From NCBI GenBank assembly GCA_965215015.1, contig OZ244042.1, positions 3,136,001-3,200,000 on the forward strand: 64,000 nt of DNA. Reading direction: 5' to 3'. The position numbers and the translations under genes were made by a program. How positions within the stretch are numbered: position 1 is the first letter of the stretch; each line of letters starts with the position of its first letter. Positions 1 to 9,917 of the stretch are shown in pieces. This stretch comes from Candidatus Poribacteria bacterium (lineage in GTDB: Bacteria; Poribacteria; WGA-4E; PCPOR2b). The notes beneath the pieces are model-generated. The model was not told the origin of the DNA and searched no databases. It saw only the letters and a program-made list of their open reading frames with translations.

Positions 1-684
1 CATCCGTTTGGTAAATTCCGCACATACCCGTAGGTTGCGCGAGGGCTGCTCAAAATGGTACGGTGCGTGATGCCGGAGGACATCGGCATAGCGTAGGGCG
101 GTCTCCCAGTCGTTGAAGCGACCCGAAAAATCGAGTTGTTTGAGCCGAATCTGATCGCCGTATCTCGCCTTCATCTCTGTCAGGAATCGGTCATCCAGCG
201 CGCTGTCGCCTGACACATAGTAACGGAAGAGATGATGTCCCAAGTCAACTAGCCGTTGCAGATAGCCTGCGGTTTTTTCAAAGTCCTCTTGCACCTGTGT
301 CCCCCAAGTTGGATAACAGCAATAGACACTATCACGCACCTTGCCACCCAACATTTGGTAAAGGGGCACCCCCTGTACCTTGCCGTTGAGGTCGTAAAGT
401 GCCAAGTCGATAGCAGAAGCGAGGTGTAGATTGGTGACTGTGCTGCCAAAATCCTGCGTCCGTAGGAACTCGTTGATCTCTGTGATGCGGGTAGCATCCT
501 GTCCCACAAGTAATTCGTTGTAGCGTTTGGCTATCGCGCCCAAATCGTCGGCTCTGCTGTCCGAGGCTTCCCCCAGTCCTACGGGTCCGTCGTCCACATG
601 CACCTTGACAATAACATGCCCCGATATCTGACCGTAATAACGTGGTGTTTCGATTTGGAATGTCTCAATCTTTGTTATTTTCAT
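1..684 (-). CDS. Mandelate racemase/muconate lactonizing enzyme (enolase superfamily) protein, 5' part; runs off window start
   Basis: Manual translation, not in the ORF track: MKITKIETFQIETPRYYGQISGHVIVKV...GLGEAS...SAIDLALYDLNGKVQGVPLYQMLGGKVRD, the typical MR/MLE N-terminal signature. Purine-rich RBS upstream of the ATG at 684. Confidence 0.85.
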   Translation of the reverse strand, partial: MKITKIETFQIETPRYYGQISGHVIVKVHVDDGPVGLGEASDSRADDLGAIAKRYNELLVGQDATRITEINEFLRTQDFGSTVTNLHLASAIDLALYDLNGKVQGVPLYQMLGGKVRDSVYCCYPTWGTQVQEDFEKTAGYLQRLVDLGHHLFRYYVSGDSALDDRFLTEMKARYGDQIRLKQLDFSGRFNDWETALRYADVLRHHAPYHFEQPSRNLRVCAEFTKRM

Positions 685-825
685 CCTTTTGTCCTTTCTG
701 TCGGGAGCACTCCCAGAAACTCGAACGGAAATTTTGCCCTTTTGCCAGCCATTATTGTGACACAAATTATAATAGCCGGAAGCAGGAACGGCATCGTTGG
801 GTGCCAACACGCCTCTGTATCAATC

Positions 826-930
826 GTAGGGGCGAGGTAGCCTCACCCGACGGGCTAGGGAACCCAACCTCTACGGATTTTTTAACAGTTCATTGGTGTT
901 GGGTTTCACCGCCCGTTCAACCCAACCTAC
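826..930. repeat. Cluster of GTAG-type REP-like palindromes
   Basis: GTAG-GGGCGAGG..CCTCACCC...CCCAACCT-CTAC doublet (826-874) and GTTGGGTTTCACCGCCCGTTCAACCCAACCTAC (898-930). The latter recurs at 21076-21107 and 22051-22082. Confidence 0.75.
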
Positions 931-1051
931 GAAAATTCCCCAAATTACAACACAAAATGAAGCGTGAACAGTTTCGGAGGGTACGCCTTCCAACGCATAT
1001 TTTGGGCAGGAGGGAAGGCTAATCCTTGACTATTGCGTCGGTTGCTGACGT

Positions 1052-1087
1052 CCCGATAAATCGGGATTTCACCGATGCTCAACTTGC
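1052..1087. repeat. Dispersed ~35-bp element CCCGATA-N-GGGATTTC-N-TCAACTT (copy 1)
   Basis: Similar copies at 15273-15305 and 47244-47278. Confidence 0.65.
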
Positions 1088-1277
1088 AATTAATCAACCA
1101 GCAACTTGTGTTATTATAACCGACATGGTGCAGTTGTGCAAAGCGAAAAAATAAAGAGATTAGAAATATAGATCTGTCCTTAACTAGTTGGGAAAACCAA
1201 ATTGCTGTCTTGATTTTATTGTAACTGTCGACTATAATGCAGATATATTGACTTTATATTTTTGTAAGGAGAAGATG

Positions 1278-2159
1278 ATGGAAAAATTCGCACCGCTGAA
1301 TCTGACACGAGCTGAATTGGTTGAATATACCCGTGAGTGGCAAGGGGAACGATTTCCCGAAGGTCGTCCGAAGGTTTCAGATGATATCATCGAACGGATG
1401 AAAAGTGTATCGGTGACCCAAGCGTGGGGCACACTGCGAGGTAACGGTTATCAGTGGCAGTATGAAGGCAATTGGAAATGTACGCACCCAGACAGCGTGC
1501 TGGTTGGCAGGGCGTTGACAGCGGTCTACATGCCTCGACGCCCGGCGGTACGAACGTTAATGGAGGAAAAGGGGGAGCGATGTGGCTGTGTAGGGGACCA
1601 AATCTCTTGGCCCATCGACATGTTGGTTCAGGGGGATGTCTATGTCGCCGACGTTTTCGGTAAGGTCGAGGAAGGACCTGTCATAGGTGATAATCTTGCA
1701 GCTGCGATTTACTCGAAATCTGAAAATGGTGTCGTCCACGATGCTAGCGTACGGGACTTGGACGGCATCAAGGAAATATCCGGTTTTACCAGCTTCGTCA
1801 GGGGATGGAGTCCAACCTACGCTTCACCGACGATTATGCTGATGGGGGTTAATACGCCTATACGCATCGGTCAGGCAACAGTCATGCCGGGAGATGTCGT
1901 CCTCGGCAAAGAAGATGGCGTTATTTTTATTCCACCCCACCTTGCCGAGACGGTTGTGAAAACCTCTGAGCTTGTTCGTCTGAGAGATCAGTTCGGGAAA
2001 ACCCGTTTGAGCGGAGGCAAATACACGCCGGGTCAGATCGATGCACGATGGACGGACGACATCGAAAAAGATTTCTCTAGCTGGCTGGAAAACTATATCG
2101 ATGATCTCCCTGTGCCGAGAGATGCCATTGAGGAACTACTGAAGGAACGCACCTGGTAA
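1278..2159 (+). CDS. RraA/HMG-aldolase (demethylmenaquinone methyltransferase-like) family protein
   Basis: Motifs GRALTA, IGDNLA, GVVHDASVRD, VMPGDVVLG. AAGGAG RBS at 1266-1271 supports the start at 1275/1278 rather than 1188. Confidence 0.8.
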   Translation: MEKFAPLNLTRAELVEYTREWQGERFPEGRPKVSDDIIERMKSVSVTQAWGTLRGNGYQWQYEGNWKCTHPDSVLVGRALTAVYMPRRPAVRTLMEEKGERCGCVGDQISWPIDMLVQGDVYVADVFGKVEEGPVIGDNLAAAIYSKSENGVVHDASVRDLDGIKEISGFTSFVRGWSPTYASPTIMLMGVNTPIRIGQATVMPGDVVLGKEDGVIFIPPHLAETVVKTSELVRLRDQFGKTRLSGGKYTPGQIDARWTDDIEKDFSSWLENYIDDLPVPRDAIEELLKERTW

Positions 2160-2217
2160 GCTGGTTATAAAGTGGATCATCGGTAATTTCGACGTATCTG
2201 ATAGTGGCTAATACGCC

Positions 2218-3333
2218 TTAAAAATCGCCGTTATGTTTTGATGCATCCCGGAAAGCGGAGATAGATTCTCGGATGTGCATGCTATCGGGATCGCGGCTCA
2301 GGCGAGAATCGGTGAGGAGCGTTAAAGCGCGTTGAAATCTTGCTTTTGGGTCACCCCATGCCTGTAAGGTAGATTTGCTTTCCACTGACTCCGGTTGTGC
2401 TGTCGATTGAAGGAGTCGATAGATAGCCGATAGGTAAAAAAGCAGTTGATGGTAATCCACCTGTGCAGCAGTCTCCGTTCCCGAGCAACCCTCCCAATCT
2501 TTGGTAATTTGTCTGACGTATTCCTTGACAATCTCCTGTCCCAATAAACTGACAAAATTCCCGCTCGCTCGATTTGCCCCCAAGCTATTGAGTGATTGCA
2601 CTAAACGCCGCTCGCCCCAATCCCAACCGATGCTCCCAAAATCAATGAAGGTCGGTGTTTCTCCATCAACCACGATGTTCCGTGCGTTATAGTCTAAGGC
2701 CCCCAAGGTTAGCGTTGCTCGATGCAAGCGATTGGACAGACGACTCCAAATTGTATCAAGCTTTGCTGCTTGATCCGAGGACATTGGACCTCCCTTCATC
2801 CACGCCAAATAGTCGAGGGTTTTTCTTCCTCGATCCAATAACGTCTGCATCGTATCATGTAAAAACGCTGAATAATCAAGTGGATATATGTAGGGTTTGA
2901 GGGTGTGAGCAGATTTGGCGAATCCCCTCCCCAGTTGGCAGAACGCTCGGACGGTGTTCTGCAAGGTCTGTTTTAGCTCATCAATTGGCGTTTCTTGCGC
3001 GAGGTCATCGAGTGTCGTATCTCCACACCATTCCATCAGCAAACATCCCGCTGATTCTGAACTCCAGTAAAGCTTAGGCACGCGGCATCCCGCCTGATGT
3101 AACCTCAAAAGGACTGCGGATTCGATCTGAAATGGCGTAAAGGTGGATTCACTAACCGGTTGGGTTATCAGATGTTGCTTCAGAAGGAAGGAACGCCCCA
3201 TCGCCCTTAGCTGCCAGACATTATTTCTTTCGAGCGTACCGTGTCGAATTGGAACGCATTCTATCTGATCCGGTGAAACATGGAGGTATGTGGCAATCTG
3301 TTTGATTACTTGCGGGAAATCTGGCTGGTTCAT
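2218..3333 (-). CDS. Aminoglycoside phosphotransferase/choline kinase-like protein
   Basis: Kinase-fold motifs FLLKQ, VPKLY, LLMEW, LDYNARN (Brenner-like) and FIDFG. Confidence 0.7.
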   Translation of the reverse strand: MNQPDFPQVIKQIATYLHVSPDQIECVPIRHGTLERNNVWQLRAMGRSFLLKQHLITQPVSESTFTPFQIESAVLLRLHQAGCRVPKLYWSSESAGCLLMEWCGDTTLDDLAQETPIDELKQTLQNTVRAFCQLGRGFAKSAHTLKPYIYPLDYSAFLHDTMQTLLDRGRKTLDYLAWMKGGPMSSDQAAKLDTIWSRLSNRLHRATLTLGALDYNARNIVVDGETPTFIDFGSIGWDWGERRLVQSLNSLGANRASGNFVSLLGQEIVKEYVRQITKDWEGCSGTETAAQVDYHQLLFYLSAIYRLLQSTAQPESVESKSTLQAWGDPKARFQRALTLLTDSRLSRDPDSMHIRESISAFRDASKHNGDF

Positions 3334-3383
3334 GCCGAGGTTAAACTAATACACTTTATCTTAATCATTATACTACGCATACA

Positions 3384-3434
3384 TAACGAGTCATGCGTAA
3401 TACCTAAAGCAAGGCCTCCACGCATGACTCGTTA
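3384..3434. repeat. Perfect 15-bp inverted repeat with a 21-nt spacer
   Basis: TAACGAGTCATGCGT (3384-3398) pairs with ACGCATGACTCGTTA (3420-3434). Intergenic. Confidence 0.8.
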
Positions 3435-3506
3435 CTCATTATTTTTTTTGCTCCCTCAATAGGCTTGAGGTTCAAAGCAATCTACATTAAATCAGACTGT
3501 AATGAC

Positions 3507-5087
3507 TTATTGCTTACGTTTAGCGAACTCAATCAGGGAGGGTCTGTCTAGCGTCAAGGCCTTATCAACTGTCGGCTTAAAATCAGCCTTATCTTCGACG
3601 CAAAAACCGGCTACACCGAACGATTCTGCAAATTTGACGAAATTAGGATTGACCACATCAACGCCCAACGATGCCCCAAACCGCCCTACTTGAGTCCGTT
3701 CAATCGAACTGAAGGTGTTGTCATTCATGACGATTGTGACGATTGGCAGATTATACTTCACAGCCGTTGCCAGTTCCGGGCTGTTCATCAGGAAACCACC
3801 ATCGCCACAAAGGGCAACCACCTTACGGTCTGGATGGGCGACCTGTGCACCAATTGCCCCCGGCAACCCAATTCCCATCGCAACGGAAATCCCGGAGAAG
3901 ATGTACATGCCCGGACCGTAAACAGTAAAATCTTGGAGAGCGGCATATCCAGTGATATTGACATCAACGCTCAAGATGGAATCGAGAGGCATCGCAGCAC
4001 GAAGTTGTTCAATAATAGGTGAACGTTCCGCATAAGCCGCCTGCCTATGCAATTCGCGTAATCGCTCACCCCAACCGTGCGTCCGTTCCTTGAGTTCGGC
4101 ATTCAATTGCTGCAAAACCACCTTTGGATTCGCACCAATTCCGACAGAGGCGGGGTAGTCCCGATTAATCTCTGTGGGGTCCGCGTCAATGTGGAGCAGC
4201 GGTTGATTGATCTCCAGTGACCAGTTACCTGTGTCGCGATAGGTGAAGCGCGTACCGATGGCAATCAGCAGATCAGATTCCTTTAGTGCCGCATGTGTGG
4301 TGGGATTGTTGAAAACGCGCAGCGAGTAGGGAGAATCCTCCGGGATTGCGCCTTTGCCTTTCGCGCTCGTTGCGACAGGTGCGTTGAGCAACCTCGCAAA
4401 CTCAAGTAGCTCTTCCGTCGCTCGTGTGTGGCAGATTCCGCCGCCCGCAAAAATGAATGGACGCTCCGCTTTCTCGATTAGGTGAATGGCATCATCAATC
4501 TCCTCTGGACTTGCCCCCGGGCGCAATCCGCTATTTCTCGGTGGAACGAACATAGTCTGAGTATCAGAGTCGTCTGTCTCCGCATGCAACGCATCAGTGG
4601 CGAGCTCGATTAACACCGGCCGAGGTCGTCCTGAACGTAACGCTCCAAAGGCTCGGTTGACGGCACCGGGGATTTCTTGAATGCGATGAACGAGCTCTAT
4701 GTGCTTCGTCATTGAAGCAAATGCAGCCTTCTGATCCAAGCCGTGAAACATCTTTCCTGGATCTCTTTTGACAAGATAAGAGGGATTCTGTCCGGTGACC
4801 AACAGTAGCGGTGAGCAAGCTGTGTATGCCTCACCAATCCCGATTGCAGCGTTGGCTGCTCCCGGTCCTGGCACGGTCATACATACACCGACTTCGCCCG
4901 TCGTCCGAGCATATCCATCTGCCATGAATGCACAGCCACCCTCATGGCGGCCCACATAGTGGCGAATTGTACCGCGATTCTTGTAGAGCGATTCATAAAC
5001 AGGGTCTAAGTGCCCGCCCGGTATACCAAAAATATCCCTAACGCCTTGTGCTTTCAGACATTCGACAAACAGTTCTCCACCTGTCAT
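3507..5087 (-). CDS. Thiamine diphosphate-binding enzyme, acetolactate synthase large subunit-like
   Basis: IFGIPG, RHEGGCAFMADGYAR, GPGAAN and the ThDP motif GDGGF...NDN. Confidence 0.9.
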   Translation of the reverse strand: MTGGELFVECLKAQGVRDIFGIPGGHLDPVYESLYKNRGTIRHYVGRHEGGCAFMADGYARTTGEVGVCMTVPGPGAANAAIGIGEAYTACSPLLLVTGQNPSYLVKRDPGKMFHGLDQKAAFASMTKHIELVHRIQEIPGAVNRAFGALRSGRPRPVLIELATDALHAETDDSDTQTMFVPPRNSGLRPGASPEEIDDAIHLIEKAERPFIFAGGGICHTRATEELLEFARLLNAPVATSAKGKGAIPEDSPYSLRVFNNPTTHAALKESDLLIAIGTRFTYRDTGNWSLEINQPLLHIDADPTEINRDYPASVGIGANPKVVLQQLNAELKERTHGWGERLRELHRQAAYAERSPIIEQLRAAMPLDSILSVDVNITGYAALQDFTVYGPGMYIFSGISVAMGIGLPGAIGAQVAHPDRKVVALCGDGGFLMNSPELATAVKYNLPIVTIVMNDNTFSSIERTQVGRFGASLGVDVVNPNFVKFAESFGVAGFCVEDKADFKPTVDKALTLDRPSLIEFAKRKQ

Positions 5088-5276
5088 TAATGTACTCCTT
5101 TGGATTGATTATTTTAACTCAAGTTGCTATTTGTCGCCCTATCCCGATAAGATCGGGACAGAGGCTACGTCATACGGAGTATGCCTACTACTTTGTGGTC
5201 ACTTATGTAGAATACCACTACACAGATTAAAACACAAGTGCAAAACGTTGGTTGAGGTATGGTCCACTCAGATTCA

Positions 5277-7154
5277 TTACGAGTCCCCTCGTCGTGTAAC
5301 GATAAATCTACTCTGCCCAGAATCAAAGGATAGCTGCGCGTACGTCTTTCTATCTGCGTGCCAATGGTCCCGAGCACATTGTTCACCGTTTGTCGGATCC
5401 CATTCTTCAACGGTCGATTCCCATTGAATCTCAATCAGCGTCTCAATCGGATGTTCGCCGCGATTGAACAGATAGAACAGATCCAGATCCGCAGATTCGC
5501 GGTGTTGAACGACGATTGCACGCGTTAGCGTATTATCGGGTTTAGCATAAATCTGTATCGGTCGCTTAAATTGTTTCCGTAATAGCCGCTCAAGGGCTGC
5601 GACTTTTTCGTTCGCCGTTCCCCGTAGGATGGAGGTACGCCATCGATAAAGTAGTCGTTCAAGTGGGTAGGGGTCCAAGCCAATCCGACCGTTAAGCAGG
5701 TCGGGAACCGGATCTATGGCGATAAACCCTCCCCGCGCTTTGACAAATTGAGTCAGTACCTTCACCGTTTTCTCCTGAAGCACTAAACAGGGGGGAAGCA
5801 AAATCAATGAATAATATCCCCCGTTAAGGTGCAATGCACGAGCGGTTTTATCTACCTCTGCTGTAACAACTGTTGCTTCGGAGGTGATATCAAAATCATA
5901 CCCAAGCTGCCATACCGTCTGACAGAGCCAACCCCATTCTTTCACTAACCAATTCCACCTCTTTGGATCGGGTTTCGTCCATAGACTGTGAATCGGAGAG
6001 AGGATAAGAACGGATCTTTTCGGAACACCGATTGATAGAAATTGACTAAAGTAATGTGCTTTATTATCTCCTGAGGCCAACCAATTGTTGCTATGAACCT
6101 CGCCTCCCTTCCGGGAGTCTTCGACACGCATCCACGAATTGAATCCCAAAGCACTATCAGCAACGAATTGATTTGAGTGCGCTTCAGATCGGCATAAGCT
6201 GATTTGCCCTGAACCTATTTCGTTTTGATTACGTTCGGATTCCAAAGAACTCCATTCCGAGAGTCTCCGACTAGCAATCTGCTTTGCAATTAAGAACTGC
6301 TTGGGTTTATCGAGCTTATTGGCGTTGAGGATGGGACGGTCTGCGGCTTTCAGAATTGTCCCGATATCGACCGCTAACGCTTTTGCTGTTGAAGGGAAGT
6401 TGACAGCGAATTGCAGATTCCATTGGTGTGAAAATTCCCGCAGTCCTCTGACACACACCTGTGCAAACTGTTGGATCAGTTGTTCCCAAAGGAGGCTGCG
6501 GATTGTCGCTGAGTCGTAGGTTTCGTAATGAATTAACGGCAGGTGAGCTAACAGTTCTGGGTCCAAAATTTTCTCAAACGCATCGCTCCAAGGAATCGAG
6601 GTCGGTGGCCCATTGAGAGGAGAGAGAAACGTCGGAAATTCACAGCAGAACCCCACAATCGGTGATTCTATCAAATTGTCAAATTCGTGGATATACCTCT
6701 CCAAAACTTGGTGAGCAAGTGCATTGACACCCTGCGGACTTAATAGGTCGTATCCGTGTGTTTCTGTTTGGTACAGCCGAAAAATTGTTCGTCCTTTCAG
6801 TCGGTCTGCAACAGAAAGATCGCCATCCAAACAACGCTGGATGTAATCGGTTATATCGTAGCAGGGTGCGTCTGCGTTTGTTTGTGCAAGGAGGTAAATG
6901 CGGTCAGGTGTTTGGGAGATGTGTACCCACTTGCGGAGGCGGTTTTGAATGGCTTCTTCCTTCTCGGTTTGATGGAACGTATGTTCAACAAAATTGAGCC
7001 AGAAGCGGGTTCCAGGCGTTACGGTATCCAGCAAAAGCCAAGCGGCTATGTTCTTATGCTTCAACTGCTGGAGCTGTACGCGATGGGCATCAATCTCTTT
7101 TCGGGTGGCGAGGCGAGGGCATGGGAGTAATACTTCTCCCCGATTTCTAAACAT
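5277..7154 (-). CDS. Hypothetical protein resembling a degenerate GH106-like glycoside hydrolase with a GATase-like middle domain
   Basis: DLLSPQGV, IVGFCCEFP, IPWSDAF, GYDFDIT, YSLILLP, LFYLFN and EEWDPTNG resemble motifs of GH106-type proteins. Recognised by eye only. Confidence 0.45.
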   Translation of the reverse strand: MFRNRGEVLLPCPRLATRKEIDAHRVQLQQLKHKNIAAWLLLDTVTPGTRFWLNFVEHTFHQTEKEEAIQNRLRKWVHISQTPDRIYLLAQTNADAPCYDITDYIQRCLDGDLSVADRLKGRTIFRLYQTETHGYDLLSPQGVNALAHQVLERYIHEFDNLIESPIVGFCCEFPTFLSPLNGPPTSIPWSDAFEKILDPELLAHLPLIHYETYDSATIRSLLWEQLIQQFAQVCVRGLREFSHQWNLQFAVNFPSTAKALAVDIGTILKAADRPILNANKLDKPKQFLIAKQIASRRLSEWSSLESERNQNEIGSGQISLCRSEAHSNQFVADSALGFNSWMRVEDSRKGGEVHSNNWLASGDNKAHYFSQFLSIGVPKRSVLILSPIHSLWTKPDPKRWNWLVKEWGWLCQTVWQLGYDFDITSEATVVTAEVDKTARALHLNGGYYSLILLPPCLVLQEKTVKVLTQFVKARGGFIAIDPVPDLLNGRIGLDPYPLERLLYRWRTSILRGTANEKVAALERLLRKQFKRPIQIYAKPDNTLTRAIVVQHRESADLDLFYLFNRGEHPIETLIEIQWESTVEEWDPTNGEQCARDHWHADRKTYAQLSFDSGQSRFIVTRRGDS

Positions 7155-7460
7155 TGAAAATGGTTTCCCGTCTGAACGAATAAGGCTATCACTATTCCAT
7201 AATTGGAGACTATTCTATCAAACGAGGCTTAACCCGGCAATAAAAAAGCAGAGGCCATTTCTCCTCCGTACAGAGAGTTTTCAACTTGACAGCTCAGGGT
7301 TAAATCAGATAAGCTAACTTGAAATCTTTAATCGAAGGGCTTTCTTTTTAACGGCTGGTTGCAACTTCGGTTAACCTGGGTTTCTCAATGAACCTGGCGT
7401 GTAGCGAATATATTGGGTATTTTTAGGGCAAGAATCCGTGCCACCCGCTTCATCTGTTTA

Positions 7461-7495
7461 ATCCGTGATTCAGACAATTATTATGAGCACCCCTC
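7461..7495. mobile_element. Isolated right end of the ~245-bp MITE-like element
   Basis: ATCCGTGATTCAGACAATTATTATGAGCACCCCTC is near-identical to 60671-60705 and similar to 18354-18388. Confidence 0.75.
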
Positions 7496-8183
7496 GATTA
7501 AACTATGGGAGGGTAGCGACCATGATTTTGTTGGTGCCCATCTTTCAAATGAGATATTCTTTCCGCAATATCCCGACGTCACCTATGTTGAATGGGGGCA
7601 GTACAAAAAAGTCGGATGGCACAATAGGTAAGCGTATTAGCGATGTCATAGCGCCCGATGAAAAGATTGTGGGGTAGATATTAATGAATTCTTATCGAAA
7701 TAGTCAAATTGTGCTGAAATAATTCATGACCTTATAGTTCGGCGATTCATTACCACCACAGTAGGGAGGTAGCAGATCTATCCTCCTTATAGGGGAACGG
7801 GGATCCCCGTTCATTCCTGATGTCCGATGAATTAAGTAGCTATAATCTTAAGTGCCTAAACCCTAATAAACTGTTCCCTTACCACTACAAATATTTCAAT
7901 ACGGATAGGACAACCCTCGAAGCCTTGTAGTTCCACGATTCATCACGGGTGCCGGTGTTTCTCAGCCTCCGATGAATCGGGGGGCGGCAGTTCCTCCGAC
8001 AGGAGTATCCACGCTCCGCCGCACCATCCTCCCGCTTTCGAGGGATTAGAGGAGGGGATAGCATACAGTCGGGCGATTTATGGTCTATCGTGAGGCGGGT
8101 TGAACGGCGTTACGACAAACTCAAGCGCGTAACTCCTAACGGAATCTTTAAAATGTCAACTAAAAATCAAAAAAGGAAATCAA

Positions 8184-9422
8184 ATGAAACTGTTAGAAGG
8201 GGTAATCACAGCATTCTCAATTTTACTGTCAAACAAGTTGAGGTCATTTTTGACAATGCTAGGCATCGTAATTGGCATTGCGGGTGTCATTGCGATGATG
8301 TCTTTCGGGGCGGGGGCGAAAAAACTCTTGATGTGGGAGGTCGAAAAGGTCGGCGGGCCGAGCATGTTCGGGGTATATCGCCGCGAATGGATTCGTAAGA
8401 ATGCGAAGTGGATGCGAAATCCAAGCAAACACTACCTGAAGATGGAGGATGTGCGTGCGATACAAACCGAGTGTCCTTCCGTGGATGTGGCAACCCCGGA
8501 AGCTGGGGGTAGTGCGACCATTTCGGTTGGAGGGAAACGTAAGTTCTCTAGGATGCAAGCCACCGCTCAAGAGTATCAGATTGCACGCAAGTGGTATAGC
8601 GGATATGGCAGATTTTTGTCTGATGATGATCTCAGTCTCTGGAGCAAGGTCTGTGTAATTGGTGAGGAAATCTGGAAGGATCTGTTTGCGGAACTTGACC
8701 CAATCGGGAGAGAGATAAAAATTAACAATCAACGGTTTACCGTCGTAGGGGTGATGGAGTCAAGAGGCAAGGGGCTCGACACGGAGAATAGTGAGGACAA
8801 CCAAGTCTTTATTCCAATTACCACGGCGCAGACCCATTTTTGGGGGAATGATCGGGTAGGGCATATCCTAATCCGCGCAAAAGATCATCAATCTGTGGAT
8901 CAAGCGGTGGAGGAGGTCAAAACTGTCCTGAAGCGAAATCACAACGGCGAAGAGTTCTTTGAAACATGGGTGATGAAGGAGGAGTTAAAGTCTGCCAATC
9001 GCATTATCATGATTATTGAGCTCATCCTCGTCATTATTGCCTCTGTTTCTTTAGTTGTTGGCGGAATTGGCATCTTGAATATCATGCTTGTATCTGTCAC
9101 AGAGCGCATCCCTGAAATTGGCCTGCGTAAAGCCGTCGGTGCAAAGAGCCGGAATATACGCACACAGTTCCTCATCGAGTCCGTTATCCTGTGTCTCATC
9201 GGTAGTCTGATTGGCATCGCTCTGGGGGCAGCGTTAGGCAGCGGTTTTGCGTGGGCTGTCAGCAAGTTTATGCAGGACTTCATTGAGTGGCCCTCTGTCA
9301 TCACCGTTGAATCGGTGTTGACGGCTGTATGCGCGGGCGGAGGCGTTGGCATATTTTTTGGATACTACCCAGCAAGTCGTGCTGCGAAACTTACACCGAT
9401 TGAGGCGTTGAGACATACATAA
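8184..9422 (+). CDS. MacB/FtsX-family ABC transporter permease
   Basis: RSFLTMLGIVIG, periplasmic core, GGIGILNIMLVSVTERIPEIGLRKAVGA, YPASRAAKLTPIEALR. Confidence 0.93.
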   Translation: MKLLEGVITAFSILLSNKLRSFLTMLGIVIGIAGVIAMMSFGAGAKKLLMWEVEKVGGPSMFGVYRREWIRKNAKWMRNPSKHYLKMEDVRAIQTECPSVDVATPEAGGSATISVGGKRKFSRMQATAQEYQIARKWYSGYGRFLSDDDLSLWSKVCVIGEEIWKDLFAELDPIGREIKINNQRFTVVGVMESRGKGLDTENSEDNQVFIPITTAQTHFWGNDRVGHILIRAKDHQSVDQAVEEVKTVLKRNHNGEEFFETWVMKEELKSANRIIMIIELILVIIASVSLVVGGIGILNIMLVSVTERIPEIGLRKAVGAKSRNIRTQFLIESVILCLIGSLIGIALGAALGSGFAWAVSKFMQDFIEWPSVITVESVLTAVCAGGGVGIFFGYYPASRAAKLTPIEALRHT

Positions 9423-9453
9423 TATGTGAGACATACATAATATGTGAGACATA
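9409..9453 (+). repeat. 18-bp tandem repeat, 2.5 copies, spanning the permease stop codon
   Basis: TGAGACATACATAATATG at 9409 and 9427, with a partial copy at 9445. Confidence 0.9.
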
Positions 9454-9480
9454 AGGTGTTACAGGCAAATGCTGACGGTA

Positions 9481-9876
9481 TTAGGTAAGACTCAAGCACA
9501 AAACGCTAAGAAGGTGAAACTTGAAAACCATTGGTTCACTAGTACATTGGTACATTAATGAACCCGTTGAACTTCCCTGACAGCATTTTTTCGGTGCCGA
9601 GGCCGAAAGCACTTCGATGACCAAATCTGGCGCCATTTCAAGGATCTGTAGTTCTTCAATTGCATCAAGACCGGTGCAAACAGCACTACGCCAAGATCTT
9701 TTGCTTGTACATAAGTTAAATGCCATAACCATGTTCAAAGCTATTCTTTGATGAGCGGAAATTGGGGCAAGGGATGGCATAAATTTTCCATCAATGATTT
9801 CATACGGATGGTTGATTTCAGGCATCAGCAGGTAGTCTTCAAAAGAGATTTTCTTTTTCGCGACTTCGGTTGTAAT
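9481..9876 (-). pseudogene. Decayed Uma2-family (PD-(D/E)XK) endonuclease gene
   Basis: KKISFEDYLLMPEINHPYEIIDGK...AP..AHQRI and APDLVIEVLS are Uma2 hallmarks. The middle and C-terminal motifs are scrambled, and the apparent start codon reads ATT. Confidence 0.7.
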
Positions 9877-9917
9877 TAAGTCCCTGAGCTCCTTTTCCTA
9901 TCTTACAAGCTGGTCTG

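Noticed and set aside
642-1022. 126-aa ORF and other ORFs over repeat-rich spacers (7413-7677, 34604-35005)
   Set aside because: They run through REP or MITE sequence, lack an RBS and have no protein-like motifs.
9409-9453. Possible CRISPR array
   Set aside because: The units are 18 bp and directly adjacent with no spacers, and no cas genes are in the window.
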